Below are positions 54,605 to 63,792 of a DNA stretch of 64,000 bases, in pieces. The stretch covers positions 4,998 through 68,997 of the forward strand of contig DASRZQ010000043.1 in the NCBI GenBank assembly GCA_035686205.1, in the 5' to 3' direction. This DNA comes from Geobacteraceae bacterium (GTDB taxonomy: Bacteria; Desulfobacterota; Desulfuromonadia; Geobacterales; Geobacteraceae). A program made the position numbers and the translations under genes. The first letter of the stretch is position 1. Each line of letters starts with the position of its first letter. A model generated the notes under the pieces. That model worked only from the letters and a program-made list of their open reading frames with translations, was not told where the DNA came from and searched no databases.

Positions 54605-56692
54605 ATGTCCAACTCGGCGGCCGAAACAATCAAGCTCTCATCGATCAGGAATAACTCCGACGTCTACATGGCGCTTGTTCTGATCGGTATCCTGGCCCTG
54701 ATGATAATTCCCCTGCCGTCGTTCATGCTGGACATATTCCTGGCCGCCAATATTACCGCTGCCCTGGCAATCCTGCTGGTGGGACTTTATACCGTTCAGC
54801 CGCTTGATTTCTCCATTTTCCCCTCGGTCCTTCTCGTTACCACGCTGTTTCGGCTTTCGCTGAATATAGCCTCAACAAGGCTGATCCTGCTGCACGGAAG
54901 CGAAGGGGCGGATGCGGCCGGGAGCGTAATCAAGGCATTCGGCCAGTTTGTCGTCGGCGGCAATTATGTCGTCGGCACGGTAATTTTCCTGATTCTCGTA
55001 ATCATTAATTTTGTCGTAATCACCAAGGGCGCCGGTCGTGTGGCCGAGGTGGCCGCAAGGTTCACCCTCGATTCCATGCCGGGAAAACAGATGGCCATAG
55101 ATGCCGACCTGTCGGCCGGCATAATCACCGAGAAGGAAGCTAAAGCCCGACGCGCCAAGGTTTCCAGGGAGGCGGATTTCTACGGCTCCATGGACGGCGC
55201 CAGCAAATTCGTCAGGGGAGATGCGGTTGCCGCCGTGCTGATCACCATGACGAATATTATCGGCGGGTTCGTAATCGGTGTCTGGCAAAAGGGAATGGCG
55301 CTGGAGGACGCGCTGGCGAATTATACGCTGCTGACCATAGGCGAAGGCCTCGTCGCACAGATACCCGCGCTCATCATTTCCACCGCCGCAGGCATCATCG
55401 TTACCCGTTCCGCCGACGAGAACAATTTCGGCCACGAACTTACCGGACAGTTCCTCAGCTATCCAAAGGCGTTTTTTGTGTCATCGGGCGTCCTGTTTGC
55501 TTTTGCCCTGATTCCGGGGCTCCCCCATTTCGCTTTCTTCCTGCTTTCGGGGGTGGCTTTCCTGGCAGGGAGAATGGCCAGGGAAAAAGCCCAGGTTGTC
55601 GATGACGGTCAGGTAATTGTCGCGCCCAGGGCGGACGAGGAGGGGACCGACCAGATAGGGTCGATCCGTCCGCTGGACCTGATGGAGCTGGAGGTGGGTT
55701 ACGGTCTGGTACCGCTGGTGGATGCCGCCCAGGAAGGGGAACTCCTGGACAGGATCCGCTCAATCAGGAAAAATGTTGCCCAGAAAATGGGTTTTGTCGT
55801 ACCGCCCATTCATATCCACGACAACCTGCAGCTTAAGCCCTATGAATATTCAATCCTGATAAGGGGTGCCAGGGTAGGGGGAGGGGACCTGAACGGACAG
55901 CTTCTCGCCATGGATTCCGGCGCCACTTCCGGCCAGATCGAGGGAACGCGCACCACCGAGCCGGTTTTCGGGCTGCCGGCGCTCTGGATCAAGGAGTCGG
56001 AAAAAGAACGGGCGCAGTTGTACGGGTACACGGTTGTTGAGAACACGACAATAATCGCGACGCACATAAGCGAGATAATCAAGAAGTACGGCCATGAACT
56101 TGTGGGAAGGCAGGAATTGCAGCAGCTTCTGGACAACCTTTCCGCGAACTGCCCGAAAGTCGTCGAAGAGCTGGTTCCGTCCCTTCTGAATCTCGGAGCG
56201 GTGCTGAAGGTAATAAAAAACCTGTTAAAAGAGAATGTTTCAATCCGCGACTTCAGGACCATCCTGGAGGTGCTGGCTGATTACGCGGGCTTATCAAAGG
56301 ACCCGGACGTGCTGACCGAGTTCGTCCGGCAATCGCTCAGCCGGAACATTGTCGAACAGCTGAAGGGTGATGACGACACGCTCTCGATAATCTGTTTCGA
56401 CAGGGAAGTGGAAGAACTCATAGCCGAGTCGGTGCACAATTCGGATCAGGGGAGTTACATCGCCATCGAACCCGGTATCGCGCAGCGCCTGTTAAACAAT
56501 ATGCGCAAGGCGATGGAAAATTTTAACCAGGCAGGGGCTCCGCCGGTTCTCATCTGTTCGCCGTCGATAAGACGCCATGTCAGCAAGTTTATCGAGAGGT
56601 TCATTTCGAATCTCGTGGTTCTTTCGCACAACGAGATTCCTTCCAACATAAAAATTCAATCTTTGGGGGCGGTGAATTCTGATGCTTGTTAA
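54605..56692 (+). CDS. flhA: flagellar export apparatus protein FlhA
   Basis: About 695 aa, FHIPEP family. Eight-TM N-terminal half (LVTTLFRLSLNIASTRLILL, VVITKGAGRVAEVAARFTLDSMPGKQMAIDADL) plus a cytoplasmic C-terminal domain. The listed start 54536 overlaps the promoter. Confidence 0.95.
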   Translation: MSNSAAETIKLSSIRNNSDVYMALVLIGILALMIIPLPSFMLDIFLAANITAALAILLVGLYTVQPLDFSIFPSVLLVTTLFRLSLNIASTRLILLHGSEGADAAGSVIKAFGQFVVGGNYVVGTVIFLILVIINFVVITKGAGRVAEVAARFTLDSMPGKQMAIDADLSAGIITEKEAKARRAKVSREADFYGSMDGASKFVRGDAVAAVLITMTNIIGGFVIGVWQKGMALEDALANYTLLTIGEGLVAQIPALIISTAAGIIVTRSADENNFGHELTGQFLSYPKAFFVSSGVLFAFALIPGLPHFAFFLLSGVAFLAGRMAREKAQVVDDGQVIVAPRADEEGTDQIGSIRPLDLMELEVGYGLVPLVDAAQEGELLDRIRSIRKNVAQKMGFVVPPIHIHDNLQLKPYEYSILIRGARVGGGDLNGQLLAMDSGATSGQIEGTRTTEPVFGLPALWIKESEKERAQLYGYTVVENTTIIATHISEIIKKYGHELVGRQELQQLLDNLSANCPKVVEELVPSLLNLGAVLKVIKNLLKENVSIRDFRTILEVLADYAGLSKDPDVLTEFVRQSLSRNIVEQLKGDDDTLSIICFDREVEELIAESVHNSDQGSYIAIEPGIAQRLLNNMRKAMENFNQAGAPPVLICSPSIRRHVSKFIERFISNLVVLSHNEIPSNIKIQSLGAVNSDAC

Positions 56693-58022
56693 AACTTTTC
56701 AGGCTGCCAGCATGTCGGATGCATTGCAGATGGTAAAGGCGGAACTGGGCCCGGAAGCCATGATAATTTCTTCCAGGAAAGAGCGCAGAAGAGGGATCTT
56801 CGGGTATTTCCGAAAACCGGTATTTGAAATAACCGCCACGATTGACGCCCATCACCGCCAGAAGCGTGCAGCGGACAACCCGTATATCCAGCGTAAAGAA
56901 AATGTGGCCAGCACTCGTGAAGAATTCCAGAAATCGATGCTGGAGCCGCTGGTCCGGGAATTGAGGGAACTGAAGGACCGTGTCGAATCCATGACGACAA
57001 GGCAGGACAGAAACCGGGCGGATGGCAGAAATGTTTCCGCAAATGTGGAATTTCGACCGGAAAAGGTTGCCGGGGCTGAAGACTTCATCTCCATGAAAAA
57101 TGGCCGAACTGACATCGAGAAGATCAGGAAGATGCTCATTGATACAGTTGAAGCCAAGCGGAAAAACAAACGACCGGAAGAAATATCCGTCAGCGACATT
57201 TCCGGTGAAGCCACCGTGGAAGAAAAAGCAGAGGCGGCAAATCCCTGCCCGATTCACGAAAAGATTACGTGCGAGCTGAAAGATACCGGGCTGGATGCGG
57301 AAATATGCGAAAAACTTCTTGCCGCGGCCGGAAGCCTTCCCATAAAAGACGAATCCGTGTCCAGGGCGGCAATCCTTGAAACGCTCGGCGGCATGATAAG
57401 GTGTGCCGGAGCGGTCAGGCTGAAGAAGAACGGCCCGCGCATGATCGCGCTGGTCGGACCGACCGGTGTCGGCAAGACCACTACCGTAGCAAAGCTTGCG
57501 GCCATGTATGCCCTGAAAAGGAAGGTCAGGGTGGCATTGGTTACAACGGACATATTCAGGGCCGGCGCCGTCGAGCAGCTTAAGACATACGCCGGGATAC
57601 TGCGGGTCCCAATGGAGACCGCATCGACGAAAAAAGAGCTGGAGAAGGCGCTGGCGGCCCACTCGGACAAGGACATCATCCTGATAGACACGGCGGGCAA
57701 AAGCGCGAGGGACTGCGGGAAGATCGAGGAACTGTCGGGGCTGTTCACGGGTGACTCGGGTATCGAAAAGCATCTCTGCCTGTCAGCGACGACAAGGGAC
57801 GAGGACCTGCAGGATATCGTCAGCCAGTTCAAAAAATTGACCGTGCACAGGGTGTTGTTCACCAAACTGGATGAGAGCCGAAGGCTCGGCTGTATTGCAA
57901 ACATTCCCGTGCGGAATAATATCCCGCTTTCTTACCTGACGAACGGGCAGAGAGTCCCGGAGGATATTGAAACGGCCGGCGGTAAAAAAGTTGCTCAGAT
58001 GGTTCTGAGTGCCTGTGAATAA
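56682..58022 (+). CDS. flhF: flagellar biosynthesis GTPase FlhF
   Basis: 446 aa. N-terminal B-domain MLVKTFQAASMSDALQMVKAELGPEAMIISS. SRP-type G domain GPTGVGKTTTVAKLA, DTAGKS, TKLDE. Confidence 0.93.
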   Translation: MLVKTFQAASMSDALQMVKAELGPEAMIISSRKERRRGIFGYFRKPVFEITATIDAHHRQKRAADNPYIQRKENVASTREEFQKSMLEPLVRELRELKDRVESMTTRQDRNRADGRNVSANVEFRPEKVAGAEDFISMKNGRTDIEKIRKMLIDTVEAKRKNKRPEEISVSDISGEATVEEKAEAANPCPIHEKITCELKDTGLDAEICEKLLAAAGSLPIKDESVSRAAILETLGGMIRCAGAVRLKKNGPRMIALVGPTGVGKTTTVAKLAAMYALKRKVRVALVTTDIFRAGAVEQLKTYAGILRVPMETASTKKELEKALAAHSDKDIILIDTAGKSARDCGKIEELSGLFTGDSGIEKHLCLSATTRDEDLQDIVSQFKKLTVHRVLFTKLDESRRLGCIANIPVRNNIPLSYLTNGQRVPEDIETAGGKKVAQMVLSACE

Positions 58023-58040
58023 AAAGGATAAACTACGTTT

Positions 58041-58167
58041 TATACCAATTTGCAATCAAAAAATTTCAAAATATGCCATGTCGAACGAAGAGAGACATCT
58101 TTGATAGACGTTTCAAGATTTCTCGCTGGAGCTCGAAATGACAATGAATTGAATGCAACTCGGTACT
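58041..58167. repeat. nested inverted-repeat (long hairpin) element, copy B
   Basis: Aligns with copy A over its full length with a few substitutions and a 2-nt indel. Identical core CATGTCGAACGAAGAGAGACATCTTTGAT ... TTCAAGATTTCTCGCTGGAGCTCGAAATGACAATGAATTGAA. Confidence 0.85.
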
Positions 58168-58205
58168 AAACGGATATTGGGGATTTCTCCCGGATCGGAG
58201 ACAAC

Positions 58206-58955
58206 ATGAACTGTCTTGCCAAGGCATACGCGGAAGAACTGCAGCGCGGGGCTTACCAGTCACGTGACGAACTCATCATGACCCACCTCCCGCTGGTCAA
58301 GTTTATTGTGGGAAGGATATCCGCGAAGCTGCCGACGCACCTGGATCAGCAGGATCTGATGGGTGCGGCCGTAATAGGCCTGATAACCGCCGCGGAACGC
58401 TTTGATCCGACGCGGGGCATCCAGTTCAAGACTTTCGCCGAAAAGCGGATCAGGGGAACCATCATGGATGAGCTCCGTTCCCAGGACTGGCTTCCGCGCG
58501 GGATCAGGGAGAAATACAAAAAGCTCGAATACGAGTTCAGCCGGCTTGAGCAAAAGCTGAGAAGAAATCCCAACAGCGAGGAAATCGCACTGGCCATGGG
58601 CATGGAACTGGACGAGTATTTCGAGCTGCTTGAAGAAGTTCACGCCCTTTCATTCGTCAGCCTTGACGAGTTTCTCGAAGACGACGAAGGGACTCCTTTC
58701 GGCCTTCTTGATTTCCTTGCCGACGACAGCGCCGAAAACCCGCAGAACAAGATGATGGCCCAGCAGCTTGTCAAGGCGCTCGGGGACGCTATAGATGCAC
58801 TGCCGGACAAGGAACGGCTGGTCGTCACCCTCTATTACTACGAAGAACTGAACCTGAAAGAAATCGGCGAAGTGCTTGACCTGACCGAATCGAGAATATC
58901 GCAGCTGCACAGCCAGGCTATCTTGAGACTGCGGACGAAAATGAAAAACCACTGA
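58206..58955 (+). CDS. fliA: flagellar sigma factor FliA (sigma28)
   Basis: 249 aa. Region 2 (HLPLVKFIVGRI, DLMGAAVIGLITAAERFD, FKTFAEKRIRGTIMDELR) and region 4 HTH (LKEIGEVLDLTESRISQLHSQAILRLR). Confidence 0.93.
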   Translation: MNCLAKAYAEELQRGAYQSRDELIMTHLPLVKFIVGRISAKLPTHLDQQDLMGAAVIGLITAAERFDPTRGIQFKTFAEKRIRGTIMDELRSQDWLPRGIREKYKKLEYEFSRLEQKLRRNPNSEEIALAMGMELDEYFELLEEVHALSFVSLDEFLEDDEGTPFGLLDFLADDSAENPQNKMMAQQLVKALGDAIDALPDKERLVVTLYYYEELNLKEIGEVLDLTESRISQLHSQAILRLRTKMKNH

Positions 58956-59026
58956 CCACCCGTCCTGACGGACTCCCTCACCTGATTCCGGAGGGGGCGG
59001 AGGGTGGTAAACCAAAGGAGCATTAC

Positions 59027-59767
59027 ATGAACAGCGGAATGTATTCGGCCCTTGCCGGTGACATAAATATGCTGGACAAGCTTAATGTAGTCGCCAACAA
59101 TCTGGCCAATATCAACACTGTCGGGTTCAAGAAAGACAGGATGTCCTTTGAAAAAGTACTTGATAATGCAGGCAATCCGGCTGGAGGAAGCGGTGTTCTG
59201 ACGGATGACGCGATAATCGCAAAAGAAAACGTTTATACTGATTATACGACAGGTCCGATCAAGCACACCGGGAATGTCTTCCATATGGCCCTGGACGGAG
59301 ACGGTTTTTTCGCCGTGACTACCCCGCAGGGGACCGCCTACACGCGACAGGGGAATTTCCAGAGAGACAAGAACGGAAGGCTGACGACCATCGACGGATA
59401 TGTTGTGCAGGGAAAGGGCGGAGGACCGATTTCCATACCGGGCGGGAAAATGGATGTCGATAAAGCCGGCAATGTCTTTGTTGACGGGACCAGTGTCGGG
59501 TCAATAAACATAGTCGATTTTCAAAAACCCTATCAACTGCAGAAAGCCGGCAATGCGCTGTTCCTGCCGTCCAACCCGCAGGACGCTCCGCAGCCTGCGC
59601 AGAAAGCCTCGGTCCTCCAGGGATACATCGAGGATTCGAACGTAAGCGCTATCGTGGAAATGACGCAGATCATAGACTGTAACCGCGGGTTCGAAAGCTG
59701 CCAGAGAGTCATCAAGAGTTATGACGAAATGGCCGGCAAAGCGATTGGGCTGGGAGCACCTGCATAA
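59027..59767 (+). CDS. flgF: flagellar basal-body rod protein FlgF
   Basis: 246 aa. VVANNLANINTVGFKKD; C-terminal SNVSAIVEMTQIIDCNRGFESCQRVIKSYDEM. Confidence 0.9.
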   Translation: MNSGMYSALAGDINMLDKLNVVANNLANINTVGFKKDRMSFEKVLDNAGNPAGGSGVLTDDAIIAKENVYTDYTTGPIKHTGNVFHMALDGDGFFAVTTPQGTAYTRQGNFQRDKNGRLTTIDGYVVQGKGGGPISIPGGKMDVDKAGNVFVDGTSVGSINIVDFQKPYQLQKAGNALFLPSNPQDAPQPAQKASVLQGYIEDSNVSAIVEMTQIIDCNRGFESCQRVIKSYDEMAGKAIGLGAPA

Positions 59768-59788
59768 CAAAGTCGTGTTAAGTTATAC

Positions 59789-59840
59789 GTTTTAGGTGTT
59801 ATGTGCATGCCTAAAACCTAAATCTTAAAACCTAAAACTA
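59789..59840 (+). repeat. hairpin plus tandem heptamers upstream of flgG
   Basis: GTTTTAGG-(13 nt)-CCTAAAAC hairpin. Its 3' arm continues into four tandem 7-mers (CTAAAAC CTAAATC TTAAAAC CTAAAAC) ending about 3 nt before the flgG RBS. Confidence 0.6.
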
Positions 59841-59853
59841 CAGGAGAGATAAA

Positions 59854-60639
59854 ATGATCAGGGCATTATGGACGGCTGCATCGGGCATGCAGGCCCAACA
59901 ACTCAATATCGACGTTATTTCCAACAATCTGGCCAATGTCAATACGGCCGGTTTCAAGAAGAGCCGGGCCGATTTCCAGGACCTGATGTACCAGAACCTC
60001 AAAACAACAGGCGCCCCGTCAACCAGCTCGACGCAGACTGCGGGGATACAGGTGGGCCTGGGGGTCACTCCGGCCGCCGTGACGAAGGAGTTTACCCCGG
60101 GAAATATAACGCAATCCGGAAATCAGCTGGATCTGGCGATTGAAGGCGACGGTTTTTTCCAGATACAGATGCCCGACGGCACCACGGCGTATTCCAGGGC
60201 CGGGTCTTTTAAAAAAGATGGCCAGGGCCGCATAGTCAACTCGGACGGTTATCCGATGATGCCCGAAATCGTCATACCCGCCAATGTCTCCAGTATCACC
60301 ATAGGCAATGACGGCACCGTGTCAGTCACCCAGGCGGGGCAGAGCACCCCGACGACCGTCGGCACCATCCAGCTTGCCTCATTTTCCAACCCCGCCGGTT
60401 TGACGAGCATGGGGCACAACCTTTATCAAGCCACCGACGCTTCCGGAAACGCCAATACCGGTACGCCCGGCCAGAATGGACTCGGCACCGTAAGCCAGGG
60501 TTTTCTTGAAATGAGCAACGTGAACGTCATGGAAGAAATGGTAAACATGATTGTCAGTCAACGGGCATACGAGATTAACTCCAAGGCGGTGCAGGCTGCC
60601 GACCAGATGCTGCAGACGACCAACAATATGAAGAGTTAG
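59854..60639 (+). CDS. flgG: flagellar basal-body rod protein FlgG
   Basis: 261 aa. [38 protein letters not shown]; C-terminal [26 protein letters not shown]. Confidence 0.96.
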   Translation: MIRALWTAASGMQAQQLNIDVISNNLANVNTAGFKKSRADFQDLMYQNLKTTGAPSTSSTQTAGIQVGLGVTPAAVTKEFTPGNITQSGNQLDLAIEGDGFFQIQMPDGTTAYSRAGSFKKDGQGRIVNSDGYPMMPEIVIPANVSSITIGNDGTVSVTQAGQSTPTTVGTIQLASFSNPAGLTSMGHNLYQATDASGNANTGTPGQNGLGTVSQGFLEMSNVNVMEEMVNMIVSQRAYEINSKAVQAADQMLQTTNNMKS

Positions 60640-60732
60640 GTATGCCGGGCATGAGATGTGGGCCTGTTGACGGTGCAAGTAAAGGCAGTGGAAGATAAAA
60701 ATTTAAAAAATCAAATGTATAGGGCATAAGAC

Positions 60733-61452
60733 ATGAAGTTATTGTTTAAGTATATGGCCATAGTTCTGGCAATGACGGTGGTATCCGCCGCTTTTGCCGC
60801 TTCCGACAAGTTAATCACTGTAAAGGAAGCGAAAATACGCGAAGAGATTACCGGTTATATAATGAAATGCACCGAAAACATGGGCATGGATATTAATGTA
60901 GCCAATATCGGCTTTACCGGCGACCTTAAGCTTCCACAAGGGGAAACCTCTTATGAGGTGATTGCGCCGCGCCAATGGGAAGGATGGGGCAGGGCGAATC
61001 TTGCGCTGATTATCAGGGTCAACGGCCGGGTGGAAAAGAACCTTTCGATACCCGTAGAGGTTACGGCGCTGACCGATATGGTGGTGACCGACCGTCCTTT
61101 GGAGCGGGGAGAGATAATAGGGCCGTCAGATGTGGTTTTGAGGAAAAGGGACATTGCCGGTTCGCCCGGCAAGATCTGCCGCGACCTTTCAGAGGTTGTC
61201 GGTAAAAGGGTAAAGGTCGCGATGCGCGGCAATTCGACGGTGCGCAGCGATTACCTGGAGAGGGTCCCGCTGATTAAGAGCGGTCAGATGGTTACCATAA
61301 TCGCCGAAAATGACGTGATGAGAATAACGGCGGTGGGAAAAGCCAGGAATTCCGGCGCCGAAGGCGATCTCATAATGGTTCAGAACATGAGTTCCCTGAA
61401 GGATATTCCCGCCAGGGTGGTTGACGGCAATTCGGTGAAGGTGGATTTTTAG
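60733..61452 (+). CDS. flgA: flagellar P-ring assembly chaperone FlgA
   Basis: 239 aa. Signal peptide. SAF/FlgA C-terminal region (VKSGQMVTIIAENDVMRITAVGKARNSGAEGDLIMVQN). Confidence 0.88.
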   Translation: MKLLFKYMAIVLAMTVVSAAFAASDKLITVKEAKIREEITGYIMKCTENMGMDINVANIGFTGDLKLPQGETSYEVIAPRQWEGWGRANLALIIRVNGRVEKNLSIPVEVTALTDMVVTDRPLERGEIIGPSDVVLRKRDIAGSPGKICRDLSEVVGKRVKVAMRGNSTVRSDYLERVPLIKSGQMVTIIAENDVMRITAVGKARNSGAEGDLIMVQNMSSLKDIPARVVDGNSVKVDF

Positions 61453-61471
61453 GCGGATAGAACGTTATTTC

Positions 61472-61621
61472 GTTAGTTGGTTAGTTAGTTGGTTAGTTAG
61501 TTGGTTGATTGTTAATGATAGGGAAATAAACTCAAATTCCAAAAACTCAACCCAATTAACCAGTGAACCAACAAACTAATAAACCAACTAACCAACTAAC
61601 CGATTAACCAACAAACCGATT
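61472..61621. repeat. inverted 8-mer array element, copy 2 (flgA|flgH gap)
   Basis: Left arm TTAGTTGG/TTAGTTAG units. Spacer contains CAAATTCCAA (61533-61542). Right arm AACCAACA/AACCAACT/AACCGATT units. Confidence 0.85.
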
Positions 61622-61634
61622 CAAAGGTAATGCC

Positions 61635-62303
61635 ATGCTGCGAATAATATCAATACTTGCATTTCTGCTTCTGACCGGATGTACAATTACCCGCGAGGGA
61701 GCACCGGTCCGGCCGCCGGATATGTCGATTGAAGCGCCCGTGCCCGACTATGGAAACGGTTCAATCTGGCAGGCGTCTTCGTGCGACCTTACCTCAGATT
61801 TCAAAGCCAGGAAAAAGGGTGACACGCTGACCGTGGTGATTTCCGAACAGGCAAGCGCCAGCAAGGAAGCAACCACCGGTACGAAGAGAAACGCGAGCGC
61901 GTCGGCGGGGATTCCGAATTTCCTGGGCCTGGAGAACACCTTCATAAAAAACTGGATGGACCTGAGCAAACTGATCAACGCCAGTACCGGGACCCAGTAT
62001 GACGGCAGCGGATCGACTACCAGGAAGGAAAACCTGAACGCCACCATAACTACAAGGGTTACCGATGTTCTGCCGAACGGCAACCTTCGCATTGCCGGCA
62101 CGCGAAGCGTAAAGGTCAACAATGAAGACATGATAATTCTGCTTGAAGGGATGGTCAGGTCCAAAGATATAAGCGCCGATAATACCGTGAGCTCAAGCTA
62201 TATAGCGGATGCCAGGATCTCATATACCGGCAAAGGGGTGGTAAGCGACAGGCAGAGCCCGGGCTGGCTGCTGAATATAGTCGACAAGGTCTGGCCGTTC
62301 TAG
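61635..62303 (+). CDS. flgH: flagellar L-ring lipoprotein FlgH
   Basis: 222 aa. Lipobox LLLTGC. GDTLTVVISEQASASKEA and NGNLRIAGTRSVKVNNE. Confidence 0.94.
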   Translation: MLRIISILAFLLLTGCTITREGAPVRPPDMSIEAPVPDYGNGSIWQASSCDLTSDFKARKKGDTLTVVISEQASASKEATTGTKRNASASAGIPNFLGLENTFIKNWMDLSKLINASTGTQYDGSGSTTRKENLNATITTRVTDVLPNGNLRIAGTRSVKVNNEDMIILLEGMVRSKDISADNTVSSSYIADARISYTGKGVVSDRQSPGWLLNIVDKVWPF

Positions 62304-62520
62304 AATTTGATAAGTCCAATATGACCTACGGGACCTATAATCCTAGAAAAAGCAGTCTCTCGCAAAGACGCTAAGGAAGCGAAGTAAAATCAGGAAGTTA
62401 TAAAGGCGAACGAATTACCCAAATGGTTATATTCATTATCTTTACAACCAGATGAATTTCTTGGCGATCTGTGCGCCTTTGCGCGAGCAAATGCCGTCTA
62501 GGATAATTGTTGAGGATATC

Positions 62521-63615
62521 ATGAAACTAATAGCTTTTATGCTTATGCTGTTATTGTGCATGCCGCACATGGCATCCGCGACGCGAATTAAGGACATCGC
62601 CTCGTTCGAGGGCGTGCGCGACAACCAGCTTGTGGGATACGGCCTGGTGGTGGGTTTGAACGGCACGGGCGACAGCGACCAGACAAAGTTCCCGGTTCAG
62701 TCGCTGGTAAACGTTCTCGAAAGAATGGGTGTAACTATCAACAGGTCTGACATAACAGTAAAAAATGTCGCGGCGGTCATGGTTACTGCGACCTTGCCGC
62801 CGTTCGTCAAGCAGGGAACTAAGATCGATGTGCTCGTCTCTTCCGCGGGGGACGCCAAGAGTCTGGCTGGCGGCACATTGCTCATGACACCGCTTAAAGG
62901 CGCGGATTCGCTGGTATATGCCGTGGCCCAGGGAGCGGTGCTGACGAATTCATTTTCTTTCGGCGGCCAGGCCGCATCGGCCCAGAAAAATCATCCGACG
63001 GCGGGGAGGGTGCCGGAAGGCGCCCTGGTTGAAAGGGAGCTGCCGAATGTGCTCGCAGGCCGAAACAGGCTCAGGCTCAATCTGCATGACCCTGATTTCA
63101 CGACGGCTTCACGTATCGCAGAAGCGATTAATGAAAGATTCAGAGGCGAAATCGCTTCATGTACCGACGCGGGTTCCGTGGAAATTACAATCCCGGCGAA
63201 TTATCAGGGCAAGACGGTCGATTTCCTGGCGTCTCTGGAGAGACTCGACGTGCGCGCCGATACAATGGCCAGGGTGGTCATGAACGAGCGGACCGGGACT
63301 ATCGTAATGGGCGAAAGCGTCAGGATTGCGACGGTAGCGGTTTCCCACGGCAATCTAACCCTGTTCATCAAGGAAACGCCGAAGGTTTCACAGCCTCAGC
63401 CCTTCAGCAGGACCGGCGAAACGAAGGTCGTGCCCAGGACAAACCTGGATGTGAAAGAAGAGGGAGGCGGCCTGGCGGTTCTGCGCGAAGGCGCAAACAT
63501 CGGTGACGTGGTCAGGGCGTTGAACGCCATCGGCGTTACTCCACGCGACCTGATAGGGATCATGCAGGCGTTGAAGGCCGCGGGTGCCCTGCAGGCGGAT
63601 CTGGTGATAATGTAG
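62521..63615 (+). CDS. flgI: flagellar P-ring protein FlgI
   Basis: Signal peptide MKLIAFMLMLLLCMPHMASA, then TRIKDIASFEGVRDNQLVGYGLVVGLNGTGD. ATG 62521 is preferred over the listed 62452. Confidence 0.95.
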   Translation: MKLIAFMLMLLLCMPHMASATRIKDIASFEGVRDNQLVGYGLVVGLNGTGDSDQTKFPVQSLVNVLERMGVTINRSDITVKNVAAVMVTATLPPFVKQGTKIDVLVSSAGDAKSLAGGTLLMTPLKGADSLVYAVAQGAVLTNSFSFGGQAASAQKNHPTAGRVPEGALVERELPNVLAGRNRLRLNLHDPDFTTASRIAEAINERFRGEIASCTDAGSVEITIPANYQGKTVDFLASLERLDVRADTMARVVMNERTGTIVMGESVRIATVAVSHGNLTLFIKETPKVSQPQPFSRTGETKVVPRTNLDVKEEGGGLAVLREGANIGDVVRALNAIGVTPRDLIGIMQALKAAGALQADLVIM

Positions 63616-63620
63616 GGGTC

Positions 63621-63735
63621 CAATTGGTTTGTTGGTTTATTGGTTTATTGGTTTGTTGGTTTATTGGTTTGTTGGTTTGTTGGTTTATTTTTAAAATTGT
63701 TAGTTGAAACAAATAAACCAATTAACTAAATAACT
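63621..63735. repeat. inverted 8-mer array element, copy 3 (flgI|flgJ gap)
   Basis: Eight tandem TTGGTTTG/TTGGTTTA units (63624-63687), an AT-rich spacer, then a shorter inverse arm GAAACAAATAAACCAATTAAC. Confidence 0.85.
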
Positions 63736-63746
63736 GCTTCTAAGGT

Positions 63747-63774
63747 TAAAGTTTTTAGCACATTCAGCCGATAA
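63747..63774 (+). promoter_or_regulatory. sigma28 (FliA) promoter upstream of the flgJ-like gene
   Basis: TAAAGTTT-N12-GCCGATAA. Both hexamer/octamer blocks are identical to the enterobacterial sigma28 consensus. Lies 19 nt upstream of ATG 63793. Confidence 0.7.
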
Positions 63775-63792
63775 ATATTACAGGAGCATGAT

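Noticed and set aside
56601-57773. 390-aa minus-strand ORF
   Set aside because: Antisense to flhF and the flhA 3' end. The R/G/P-rich translation is typical of reverse-frame reading of a coding region.
62462-62476. Possible sigma54 promoter upstream of flgI (TGGCGATCTGTGCGC)
   Set aside because: The GG-N10-GC spacing is right, but the -12 region reads GCGC instead of TTGC and the -24 region is weak. That is not strong enough to list as a feature.
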